Assembly (NCBI GenBank): GCA_947313885.1
Contig: CAMZNU010000002.1
Span: forward strand, 4,321 to 68,320
Origin: an uncultured Clostridia bacterium
Lineage (GTDB): Bacteria; Bacillota; Clostridia; Lachnospirales; CAMZNU01
Length of the DNA stretch: 64,000 nt
Direction of reading: 5' to 3'
Position 1 is the stretch's first letter. Each line of letters opens with the position of its first letter. Below the pieces are notes generated by a model that saw only the letters and a list, made by a program, of their open reading frames with translations, did not search any database and was not told the DNA's origin. Positions 36,955 through 45,067 of the stretch are shown here, piece by piece. The position numbers were made by a program, and so were the translations under genes.

Positions 36955-38490
36955 ATGGTAGAACTAATAAAAAATGAAGTTAGTAAAATATTAAAAGTAA
37001 AAGAAGAAGATGTAAATATTTTAGAAAAATTAAAAGGTGGGATGAGTAACCATATGTATGTTATAGAAGTTAATGGTCTAAAATATACATTTAGAATACC
37101 TGGGAAAAAGGCTAATAATTTTGTAGATAGAGAAAAAGAGTTAGAAAATATTAAATTAGTTGAAAAATTAGAAGTTAACAATGAAATGTACTATTTCGAT
37201 GAGGTAGTAGGGTATAAGCTGTCAAAATATGTTGAGGGAGAATGTTTGATAGAAAAGAAAGTGGAAGACTATCTTGTAGATGTATCAGAAATTTTAAGAA
37301 AAGTGCATAATTCAGAATTAAGATCTAAATATGACTATGATTGTATGGGAAGATTATCAAAGTATGAGAAATTAGTAACAGATAAAGGTTATATAGGAAA
37401 AAGAGAAAAATATTATGAATTAAAGAAAAAACTGGAATCAGATTTCTCTTTTTTACAAAATGGTAATTTAGTTTTATGTCATGGAGATAGTCAGGTATCA
37501 AATTTTGTAGTGGGGGAAGATAAGTTATATTTATTAGACTGGGAATTTTGTGGAAATAATGACCCTATTTATGACATAGCTTGCTTTGGAAATGTTGATT
37601 TTGAAGATGCACTTAAATTATTGCCAATATATTTAGGACGTGAACCAAATGCTATTGAAATAAGTAAGTTAAATTATTTTAGAGGATTTCAATGTTTGCA
37701 ATGGCATAATGTTGCACTTTATAAGGATTTAATCGGTTTAAGCGAGGAACTTTCTGTTCCATTTTTAGAAATATCTGAAGGTTATTTAGTTAAGGCTGAG
37801 AAATTTTTAGAAGATGCGAGAATTAAAATGAATATAGAAAATGAAAAAGATTTATTAGAATTTGAAATATTTAAGGTTTTAGGGCCAGACATGTTAGAAA
37901 AAATGTCAAATGTAGTATACACCCAAACTATAGAAGCAGAAGAATTAATATATTCATCAAATGTATGTAAGGGTATATTAATAATTAAAGAAGGTAAATT
38001 TAGAGTATATATGGTTTCCGAAACAGGACGTGAAATAACTTTATTTTATGCAGAGAAAGGCGATACTTTGGCGCTTGCAATGAATTGTATGAGTGGTAGC
38101 ATGCCGATTAGTGTGCACGTTAAAGCTATTCAAGATAGTATTATTTATAAAATTGATAATGATGAATTTTTAAGATTTCATAGAAGTTCATTCGAGTTAC
38201 AAAAATTTATAATTGAGAACATGACGAAAAATATGAATGAAGTAATGTGGGTAATTGAACAAGTAGCGTTTAATAGTATAGACAAAAGAGTTGCAGGATA
38301 TTTATTAGACTTAGATCAAAATATTATTTATAAGACGCATAAAGAAATAGGCAATGAATTAGGAACGGCTAGGGAAGTCGTTAGTAGGATGTTAAAATAT
38401 TTCGAGCAACTAGGTCATATAGAAATTACACGAGGGAAAATTTATATTAAAGAAAAAGAAGAACTAGAAAAAATAGTTAGGCATATGTAA
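36955..38490 (+). CDS. Choline/ethanolamine-kinase-like phosphotransferase fused to a CRP/FNR-family transcription factor
   Basis: 511 aa in a single ORF. Residues 1-~290 form an APH/ChoK fold with GGMSNHMY, FRIPG, the Brenner motif HGDSQVSN and LLDWEF...NDPIYDIACF. Residues ~295-511 form a cNMP-binding beta-barrel plus the HTH GNELGTAREVVSRMLKYFEQLGHIEITRGKIYI. The ATG lies 1 nt after the addB stop. Confidence 0.8.
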   Translation: MVELIKNEVSKILKVKEEDVNILEKLKGGMSNHMYVIEVNGLKYTFRIPGKKANNFVDREKELENIKLVEKLEVNNEMYYFDEVVGYKLSKYVEGECLIEKKVEDYLVDVSEILRKVHNSELRSKYDYDCMGRLSKYEKLVTDKGYIGKREKYYELKKKLESDFSFLQNGNLVLCHGDSQVSNFVVGEDKLYLLDWEFCGNNDPIYDIACFGNVDFEDALKLLPIYLGREPNAIEISKLNYFRGFQCLQWHNVALYKDLIGLSEELSVPFLEISEGYLVKAEKFLEDARIKMNIENEKDLLEFEIFKVLGPDMLEKMSNVVYTQTIEAEELIYSSNVCKGILIIKEGKFRVYMVSETGREITLFYAEKGDTLALAMNCMSGSMPISVHVKAIQDSIIYKIDNDEFLRFHRSSFELQKFIIENMTKNMNEVMWVIEQVAFNSIDKRVAGYLLDLDQNIIYKTHKEIGNELGTAREVVSRMLKYFEQLGHIEITRGKIYIKEKEELEKIVRHM

Positions 38491-39161
38491 TGGAATATAT
38501 ATTAACCTTTTTTGCAGGAGTAATAACGTTTATATCACCGTGTTTATTACCTATTATCCCCATTTATATTAGCTACATCTCATTAGAAAATACGGCAAGT
38601 AGTAAGGTAAAGCTAATTAATTCAATTGGATTTTCTTTAGGATTTTCTATAGTGTTTTCAATGTTGGGAGCTATATTTTCAACGTTTTCGTTGTATGTAA
38701 ATGAATATAATAAAATTATTTCTATAGTTTCAGGAATTATAGTTATAACATTTGGATTAAGTGTATTAGGTGTAGTGCAATTGAAGATGCCGTATATTAA
38801 AAACAGAAGTAATTTAAACATGGAAAAACTAACATTTTTTAAATCTCTAATATTTGGAATTATTTTTGCTATTACAATGTCGCCGTGTTTAAATACATTT
38901 TTAGGAAGTGCATTATTACTATCAGCTAGTAGTGATAATTTAGACGTTATAAAAGGGGTAGCATTAATGTTAACATTTTCATTGGGGCTAGCAATACCGT
39001 TTATAATAACAGCGATGTTTATTGAGGAGATGGAAAAGATATTTTCAATGTTAAATAAAAATAGAAACAAAATACAAAAAATATCAGGAATATTTATGAT
39101 ATTTTTGGGTGTATTAATATTTATGGGAAAAATAAATTTAATTACCCAGATTTTTGATTAG
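38490..39161 (+). CDS. ccdA: CcdA/DsbD-family thiol-disulfide electron transporter
   Basis: 223 aa with 6 TM segments and the paired motifs FISPCLLPIIPIY and MSPCLNTF. A TAATG junction overlaps the upstream gene. Confidence 0.85.
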   Translation: MEYILTFFAGVITFISPCLLPIIPIYISYISLENTASSKVKLINSIGFSLGFSIVFSMLGAIFSTFSLYVNEYNKIISIVSGIIVITFGLSVLGVVQLKMPYIKNRSNLNMEKLTFFKSLIFGIIFAITMSPCLNTFLGSALLLSASSDNLDVIKGVALMLTFSLGLAIPFIITAMFIEEMEKIFSMLNKNRNKIQKISGIFMIFLGVLIFMGKINLITQIFD

Positions 39162-39768
39162 GAGGATTATGAATAAAAGAAGAATAATATTAATAATATC
39201 AACAGTATTGCTACTACTAGGAACATTAGTGACATCATATTTAACAAAGAATATATATGATACAAAAAATTATATTACAGATAACGTGGCAAGAGAAAAA
39301 AGTAAAGAAAAAAATGCGAAAGAAGGAGGCGTAGAAAAAGAAAACGAATCCGTTATAAATAGTTTAGATTTCACATTAAAAAACATAACAGGCAGTACTA
39401 CATCATTAAGTTCATTTAAAGATAAAAAAGTTGTTGTAATAAATTTCTGGGCAACATGGTGTAGTAATTGTAAAAAAGGGTTTCCAGATAAAATGAAATT
39501 AGAAGAACAATATAAAGAAAAAGTAGACTTTATTTTTATAAATGTTCAAGAAAGTAAAGAAAAAGTAGACGAGTATATGCGTGAAAATGGCTTTACATTT
39601 AAAAATAATTTATTAGATCTTGATGGTGAGGTCAGTCAATTATATGGAATTTCTGGAATACCAACAACAGTAATTATAAATAAAGAATTTACAGAAATTA
39701 TGGGATTTGTCGGAGATGTTGAAATAGGTATTTTTGAAAAAGAGATAATTAAGATGATTAGTAAATAA
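39154..39768 (+). CDS. Membrane-anchored TlpA/ResA-like thioredoxin-fold thiol-disulfide oxidoreductase
   Basis: 204 aa with an N-terminal TM anchor and FWATWCSNCK (WCxxC). It overlaps ccdA by 8 nt. Confidence 0.85.
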   Translation: MIRRIMNKRRIILIISTVLLLLGTLVTSYLTKNIYDTKNYITDNVAREKSKEKNAKEGGVEKENESVINSLDFTLKNITGSTTSLSSFKDKKVVVINFWATWCSNCKKGFPDKMKLEEQYKEKVDFIFINVQESKEKVDEYMRENGFTFKNNLLDLDGEVSQLYGISGIPTTVIINKEFTEIMGFVGDVEIGIFEKEIIKMISK

Positions 39769-39896
39769 TAAAACAAATGAAATTATGCAAGTTATTTACT
39801 CTAAAAGTATTATGTAAATAATATTGATTTTCATTAAAAAAAAAATATAGAATTAAAAACAGTTAGATTTACATTTATATTAGAAAAGGAGAACAA

Positions 39897-41084
39897 ATGG
39901 ATTTAGTAATGTTAAGTAGGATACAGTTTGCATTTACTGTAGGGTTTCATTTTTTATTTGTACCAATTAGTATTGGCGTGATTTTACATATGGCAATATT
40001 TGAATTTTTGCATTTAAAAACAGGGAAAGACGACTACAGAAAATTGACAGATTTTTTTGGAAATATATTTATTGTAAACTATGCAGTAGGTATAGTTACA
40101 GGAATTGGGATGAGTATACAGTTTGGAACTAATTGGGGAGAATATTCGACGTTTATGGGAGATTTATTTGGAGCTCCTTTAGCGATCGAGGCGTTACTAG
40201 CGTTTTTTCTAGAGTCTACATTTACGGGGATATATATTTTTAGAAGAAGTATTATGTCACCTAAATTTAGATTTGTAACAATTTTACTAATGACTTTAGG
40301 AACAAGTTTATCAGCATTATGGATTATAACGGCAAATGGGTTTATGCAAAACCCACTAGGTTACGAATTAAGTAGCGATGGGAGTAGAATAATATTAGTT
40401 GATTTTATGGCTATACTTTTAAACCCGTATGCGTGGTATATATTAGTACATACGTTACTAGCATCATATTTATTAGGTGCTATGTTCATAATGTCAGTGT
40501 CGGCAATGAAATTATTGCAACCTAATGTTTCAAAAGAAGAAAGTGAAATAATAGGCATGGCAACAAAAATTAGTAGTAAGACATTACTGTTGTTTAGTGT
40601 ATTAATATCAAGCCTAGGAGGTAGTTACACTATGTTCATAGGATTAATGCAAGAAACAAAAATGGATATGATTACGGGAATAGATAAATCTACAACAGGT
40701 CAAATAGTAGGTGCAAGCTTTTTAATAATGGTTACTCTTGGAACGATTTTTGTAATTATTGCGTTATACACGATTATCTTTTATAAACATTATGAAAAAT
40801 CTACAACTATGAAAAAAATATATGTTTATATATTTACATTGCCCTTTATAGCTATTCTTACGGGATGGATAGTAACAGAAGTAGGAAGACAGCCATGGGT
40901 AGTGTATGGGCTAATGAAAACTTCAGATGGTGTATCCTTAGTTCCTACAAGTCAAGTATGGTTTTCTCTAATTAGTGTGTTTTTAGTAAATGGAGTTCTG
41001 TTTGTTTTAGTAATGCATTTAAGTAAAACACAAATTAGAAAAAGTATATTTGACAATAAATACAACTATAAAGGAGGAAATTAA
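39897..41084 (+). CDS. cydA: Cytochrome bd oxidase subunit I (short Q-loop form)
   Basis: 395 aa with LSRIQFAFTVGFHFLFVP (N-terminal heme-ligand His), IEALLAFFLESTF, WYILVHTLLA and GWIVTEVGRQPWVVYG. Confidence 0.88.
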   Translation: MDLVMLSRIQFAFTVGFHFLFVPISIGVILHMAIFEFLHLKTGKDDYRKLTDFFGNIFIVNYAVGIVTGIGMSIQFGTNWGEYSTFMGDLFGAPLAIEALLAFFLESTFTGIYIFRRSIMSPKFRFVTILLMTLGTSLSALWIITANGFMQNPLGYELSSDGSRIILVDFMAILLNPYAWYILVHTLLASYLLGAMFIMSVSAMKLLQPNVSKEESEIIGMATKISSKTLLLFSVLISSLGGSYTMFIGLMQETKMDMITGIDKSTTGQIVGASFLIMVTLGTIFVIIALYTIIFYKHYEKSTTMKKIYVYIFTLPFIAILTGWIVTEVGRQPWVVYGLMKTSDGVSLVPTSQVWFSLISVFLVNGVLFVLVMHLSKTQIRKSIFDNKYNYKGGN

Positions 41085-42101
41085 ATGTCACATGAATTAT
41101 TAGCAAATATTTGGTTTCTTATTTTAGCATTAGTATGGTCATTATATGTAATTCAAGAAGCATTCGTAGTAGGTCTTAGTGTTATGTCGGCAAAATATAA
41201 GGAAGAAAAAGATGTTAGAAAAATAAATACGTTAGTAGGAACACATTGGGATGGTATAGAGGTATGGTTAGTTTTAGCAGTAGCAGGTCAATTTGCGGCT
41301 TTTCCAGTTATTTTTGCAGAAACATTAACTAACTTATACGTAGTATTCTTTCTACTGTTATATATTATAGTAGCGAGAGGGATGGCTATTGAAACATTAT
41401 ATAAAACAGACAATAAAAAAGTTCAAAAAGCATTAAAAGTTACATGGCAAGTGTCATCACCACTTTTAATATTAGTTATAGGCGTGTATCTTACAAATTT
41501 ATTTATGGGGCTTCAATTGTTAGAAAATTATATTGAAGGCGGATTTTTTCATTTCCTATATATATTTAATTTTACGGCAATATTAGGCGGTGTAATGTTT
41601 GTAACGTATAGCTTAACATCAGGATATAACTTTTTAGTTTTAAATTATAAAAATGATTTAAAGGAAAATATAGAACATATAGGTAAATATGCATCAGTAA
41701 TAACAGTTGTAACACTTATTTTTATATTAATGTCATTAAATAATGAATATTCAGTTTTTAATAGTGGAGTGTATGAGACGTATCAAATTTTGATATTACT
41801 ACCAGCACTATCGGCAATAATGATGATTGCATCAATGATTTTTGTGTGGTTAAATAAAAATTTATTTTCATTTATTACGCAGTCGTTAGGTATGACTTTA
41901 TTTATTTTTACAGGATTTGTTGGATCAATGCCATATGCGTTAAAAAGTATTAATAAAACTCAAGGAGCAGGAAGTATTTTAATGGTAGATGGTGCAGCCG
42001 GACCTAAAACCCTAGAATTAATGTTATATTTGACAATAGCATTTTTACCTATAGTTTTAGGATATATAATATTTAAGTATATTAAATTTTGGGGGAAATA
42101 A
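41085..42101 (+). CDS. cydB: Cytochrome bd oxidase subunit II
   Basis: 338 aa polytopic protein. It starts immediately after the cydA stop (TAAATG), and its size and topology are typical of CydB. Confidence 0.8.
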   Translation: MSHELLANIWFLILALVWSLYVIQEAFVVGLSVMSAKYKEEKDVRKINTLVGTHWDGIEVWLVLAVAGQFAAFPVIFAETLTNLYVVFFLLLYIIVARGMAIETLYKTDNKKVQKALKVTWQVSSPLLILVIGVYLTNLFMGLQLLENYIEGGFFHFLYIFNFTAILGGVMFVTYSLTSGYNFLVLNYKNDLKENIEHIGKYASVITVVTLIFILMSLNNEYSVFNSGVYETYQILILLPALSAIMMIASMIFVWLNKNLFSFITQSLGMTLFIFTGFVGSMPYALKSINKTQGAGSILMVDGAAGPKTLELMLYLTIAFLPIVLGYIIFKYIKFWGK

Positions 42102-42102
42102 T

Positions 42103-43140
42103 ATGACGATAAACCAAAAAAAGCAAAGTTTAGATAAATTAAAGATAGATTTAGTCAGTTATCAAAAACTGGTATATAATACATTGGTTATATTAGTAGC
42201 TATAAAGTTAGCTTTGTATATAGATATAGGTATTTTATATGTGTTAAAACATTTAGCATTAACGGGTATCGCTGTTGTAGTGTCACGCGAAGTGGAAATT
42301 TTATATTATTTTCACTATTATGAAAAATCTAGGGAAGAATCATTAAAAATAATAGAAACAACAAGACCAGAAATAGTAGCTTTGTTAATCGTTTTAATTT
42401 TTAATTACAATGTACCACCAGAAGGTGTAATTATAGCAGTATCACTTAGTATATTATTAAGTAGAATAGCATTTGGTGGTTTTTCGTATAATATATTTAA
42501 TACAGCAGCATTAGGTGTTGTCATTTTAAATGAAAGCTATAGAATGTCTATAGAAACGTTTGCACTAGACGATATAATCGATAAAGTGTTAGGTATTTTT
42601 TTTGTTGAATCCTTTGCACATAAACCGATACCTGTAGCTAATTTGGCAATAAGCATACCGGACGTATCATCTGTAGATTTAACTTCAGTTGCTATATTAG
42701 TAATAGCGATAATATTTTTTATGTCTTTAGTTATCAACAAGGTAGGGCGAATATTGCTACCAATAGCAACAGTATTTTTTATTTCCGTATTAGTGGCATT
42801 AGTAGGTGGGCGATATATTCCGATTTTAATAGAAGTAATTGGTCGCTACACAATAATAGGAATTTTATTTTTCACCTTAGACTTTCCTACAACTCCAAGG
42901 TTTAAAAATTCTACTATTGTAACAGCGTTAATAATTGCAATAGTTACTGTTTATATTAAATTTTTTACAGACAATGGATACGGAGTATTTTATGGTATTT
43001 TAATAGCAAATATGTGTACACCAATTCTTGATGCTAAATTTGCCAAGTATAAGGATAACGCATCGTCAATATCAATAGTAGTAGTAATTTCGTTTATAAT
43101 AAGTGTGTTAATTAGCTATCTTATTAAAGTAAATGTGTAG
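42103..43140 (+). CDS. RnfD/NqrB-family membrane protein, divergent, with no flavinylation motif
   Basis: 345 aa. FGGFSYNIFNTAALGV matches the FGGLG-N-FNPA block, and C-terminal DFPTTP...GYGVFYGILIANMCTPILD matches ATDPVT-P...G-FAIL--N---P-ID. No [ST]GA[ST] occurs anywhere in the protein. The ATG lies 1 nt after the cydB stop. Confidence 0.65.
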   Translation: MTINQKKQSLDKLKIDLVSYQKLVYNTLVILVAIKLALYIDIGILYVLKHLALTGIAVVVSREVEILYYFHYYEKSREESLKIIETTRPEIVALLIVLIFNYNVPPEGVIIAVSLSILLSRIAFGGFSYNIFNTAALGVVILNESYRMSIETFALDDIIDKVLGIFFVESFAHKPIPVANLAISIPDVSSVDLTSVAILVIAIIFFMSLVINKVGRILLPIATVFFISVLVALVGGRYIPILIEVIGRYTIIGILFFTLDFPTTPRFKNSTIVTALIIAIVTVYIKFFTDNGYGVFYGILIANMCTPILDAKFAKYKDNASSISIVVVISFIISVLISYLIKVNV

Positions 43141-43154
43141 TATGGAGGGTAAAT

Positions 43155-43706
43155 ATGAAAAATAAAATATTGCAATATTCAATAGTCCTTTTTGTTATTA
43201 CATTTATATCAGCTACGTCTATAACATTCATGAAAAATATAACAGAACCAATACTTACGTTACGTGCAAAGGAAAAGTTAGATTATGCTATAAATAATAA
43301 TTTGAAGATTTTATATCCATCAATGAGTGATGACTATGAAGTTTTAGATGATACGATAAGAAATAAGTCACTTATTACTAATATATTCAAAATTACATTT
43401 AAAAATAATGACAATACATACTATACATACAATGTTAGTAGTCCAGGGAAAAATGGAAATATAAATTTTTTAGTTGTTTATAATGAAATGAATAAAATAG
43501 ATAACATCATTTATATTTCACACAAGGAAACAAGAGGCAGAGGAGACAAAATAGAAAGTGAAGATTTTTTAAGCAAAATCGTAGGTCAACATATAGGGGG
43601 TTTTAATGCACCGAATATTACAGGAGCTACATACAGTTCATTAGGGGTTAAAAATGGAATAGAGGAAGCTAACAAACATTTACAGGAGGTGATATTAGGT
43701 GAATAA
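43155..43706 (+). CDS. rnfG: RnfG/NqrC-type FMN-binding subunit
   Basis: 183 aa with an N-terminal TM anchor and an FMN_bind domain carrying HKETRGRGDK and the flavinylation motif ITGATYSS. Confidence 0.78.
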   Translation: MKNKILQYSIVLFVITFISATSITFMKNITEPILTLRAKEKLDYAINNNLKILYPSMSDDYEVLDDTIRNKSLITNIFKITFKNNDNTYYTYNVSSPGKNGNINFLVVYNEMNKIDNIIYISHKETRGRGDKIESEDFLSKIVGQHIGGFNAPNITGATYSSLGVKNGIEEANKHLQEVILGE

Positions 43707-44322
43707 GTTATATACAAATTTAAAAGATTCTCTCATAAAAGATAACCCAATATTTGTCTCGTATTTAGCGTTATGCCCAACATTAGGAACGACATCTACA
43801 TTTAACAATGCGATAGGAATGGGCTTAAGTGTTTTATTTGTTCTTATTTTTTCAAATCTTTTAATATCATCAGTGAGGAATTTTGTACCCAGTGAAATAA
43901 GAATTCCTGTTTTTATTACAATAATAGCTTCACTAGTTACATTATTAGAAATGATCTTAGAGGCTGTAACGCCAACATTATACGAAACGTTAGGTATGTT
44001 TTTACCTCTTATAGTAGTAAATTGTATTATACTAGGTCGTGCCGAATCGTTTGCATCAAAAAATAATGTTAAAAAATCAATAATAGATGGACTTATTACA
44101 GGATTAGCATTTGCTATAACAATAAGTATTATAGGAGCATTTAGAGAATTTTTTGGAACAGGTTCAATAAGTATATTTTCATTAAGATTACAAATGTTCA
44201 CGCAAGAAATCATGCCATCATTTTTAACTAAAAACACAGGTGCATTTATATCGTTAGGGTTAATGGGCTGGGTATTTAATGAGATTAAAATAAACAATAT
44301 GAAGAAAGGAAAGGTGAATTAA
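43699..44322 (+). CDS. rnfE: RnfE/NqrD-type membrane subunit
   Basis: 207 aa with a GTG start after aggagg. It has NPIFVSYLALCPTLGTT and VVNCIILGRAE, so both conserved Cys are present. It overlaps rnfG by 8 nt. Confidence 0.85.
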   Translation: MNKLYTNLKDSLIKDNPIFVSYLALCPTLGTTSTFNNAIGMGLSVLFVLIFSNLLISSVRNFVPSEIRIPVFITIIASLVTLLEMILEAVTPTLYETLGMFLPLIVVNCIILGRAESFASKNNVKKSIIDGLITGLAFAITISIIGAFREFFGTGSISIFSLRLQMFTQEIMPSFLTKNTGAFISLGLMGWVFNEIKINNMKKGKVN

Positions 44323-44895
44323 ATGACTATGAATGAAATAATTATTTTCGCAGTTTCAGCTTTCTTAGTTCAAAATATAGTGTTAACTCAATTTTTAGGA
44401 CTATGTTCATTTTTTGGAGTTTCAAATAAAAGAACATCAGCGGTAGGCATGGGACTAAGTGTTTTAGCTGTAATTACATTATCATCAATAGTAACATATA
44501 CTATTTATTATAAAATTTTAGTGCCGTACGACTTATTACATTTAAGAACGATAGTATTCATTTTAGTAGTTAGTGGATTTGTGCAAATTGTAGAAATGAT
44601 AATTAAAAAAATATCAAAACCGTTATATGATATTTTAGGTATTTATTTACCATTAATAACTACAAATTGTGCTGTGCTAGGAGTTGCATTGATAAATATA
44701 GATAGGCAATTTACATTTACGCAAATGATAATATTTTCAATATCAACAGCATTAGGTTACACAGTTGTAGTATACATGTTTTCATTTTTAAGAGATGAAA
44801 TAAATAAATCACCAGTACCTAGAGCATTAAGAAATAATCCAATAGCTTTACTAACAGCAGGAATTATGGCGTTAGCCATGAGTGGCTTAGTATAG
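44323..44895 (+). CDS. rnfA: RnfA/NqrE-type membrane subunit
   Basis: 190 aa with VQNIVLTQFLGLCSFFGVS and LPLITTNCAVLGVAL, so both conserved Cys are present. It starts directly after the rnfE stop. Confidence 0.85.
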   Translation: MTMNEIIIFAVSAFLVQNIVLTQFLGLCSFFGVSNKRTSAVGMGLSVLAVITLSSIVTYTIYYKILVPYDLLHLRTIVFILVVSGFVQIVEMIIKKISKPLYDILGIYLPLITTNCAVLGVALINIDRQFTFTQMIIFSISTALGYTVVVYMFSFLRDEINKSPVPRALRNNPIALLTAGIMALAMSGLV

Positions 44896-44904
44896 GAGGA
44901 ATAT

Positions 44905-45066
44905 ATGAGTTTTATTGTAGGCGTTCTTTTAATAGCAACATTGGCAACTTTTTTTATAGTAACGTATTATCTAAATAAAAAAATGGATACTAATAGCAAT
45001 TATAGATTAAATGAATGTAAGACTTGCACATATAAAAATGGTAGTTGTAAAAATAGAGGAGTTTAA
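44905..45066 (+). CDS. Unlisted 53-aa membrane peptide with a C-terminal Cys-rich tail
   Basis: My own translation is MSFIVGVLLIATLATFFIVTYYLNKKMDTNSNYRLNECKTCTYKNGSCKNRGV. An aggagga RBS sits at 44894-44900. There is one TM helix, then C-x2-C-x6-C. It fills the gap between rnfA and the rnfB-like gene exactly. It is below the 60-aa cutoff of the ORF track. Confidence 0.5.
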   Translation: MSFIVGVLLIATLATFFIVTYYLNKKMDTNSNYRLNECKTCTYKNGSCKNRGV

Positions 45067-45067
45067 T

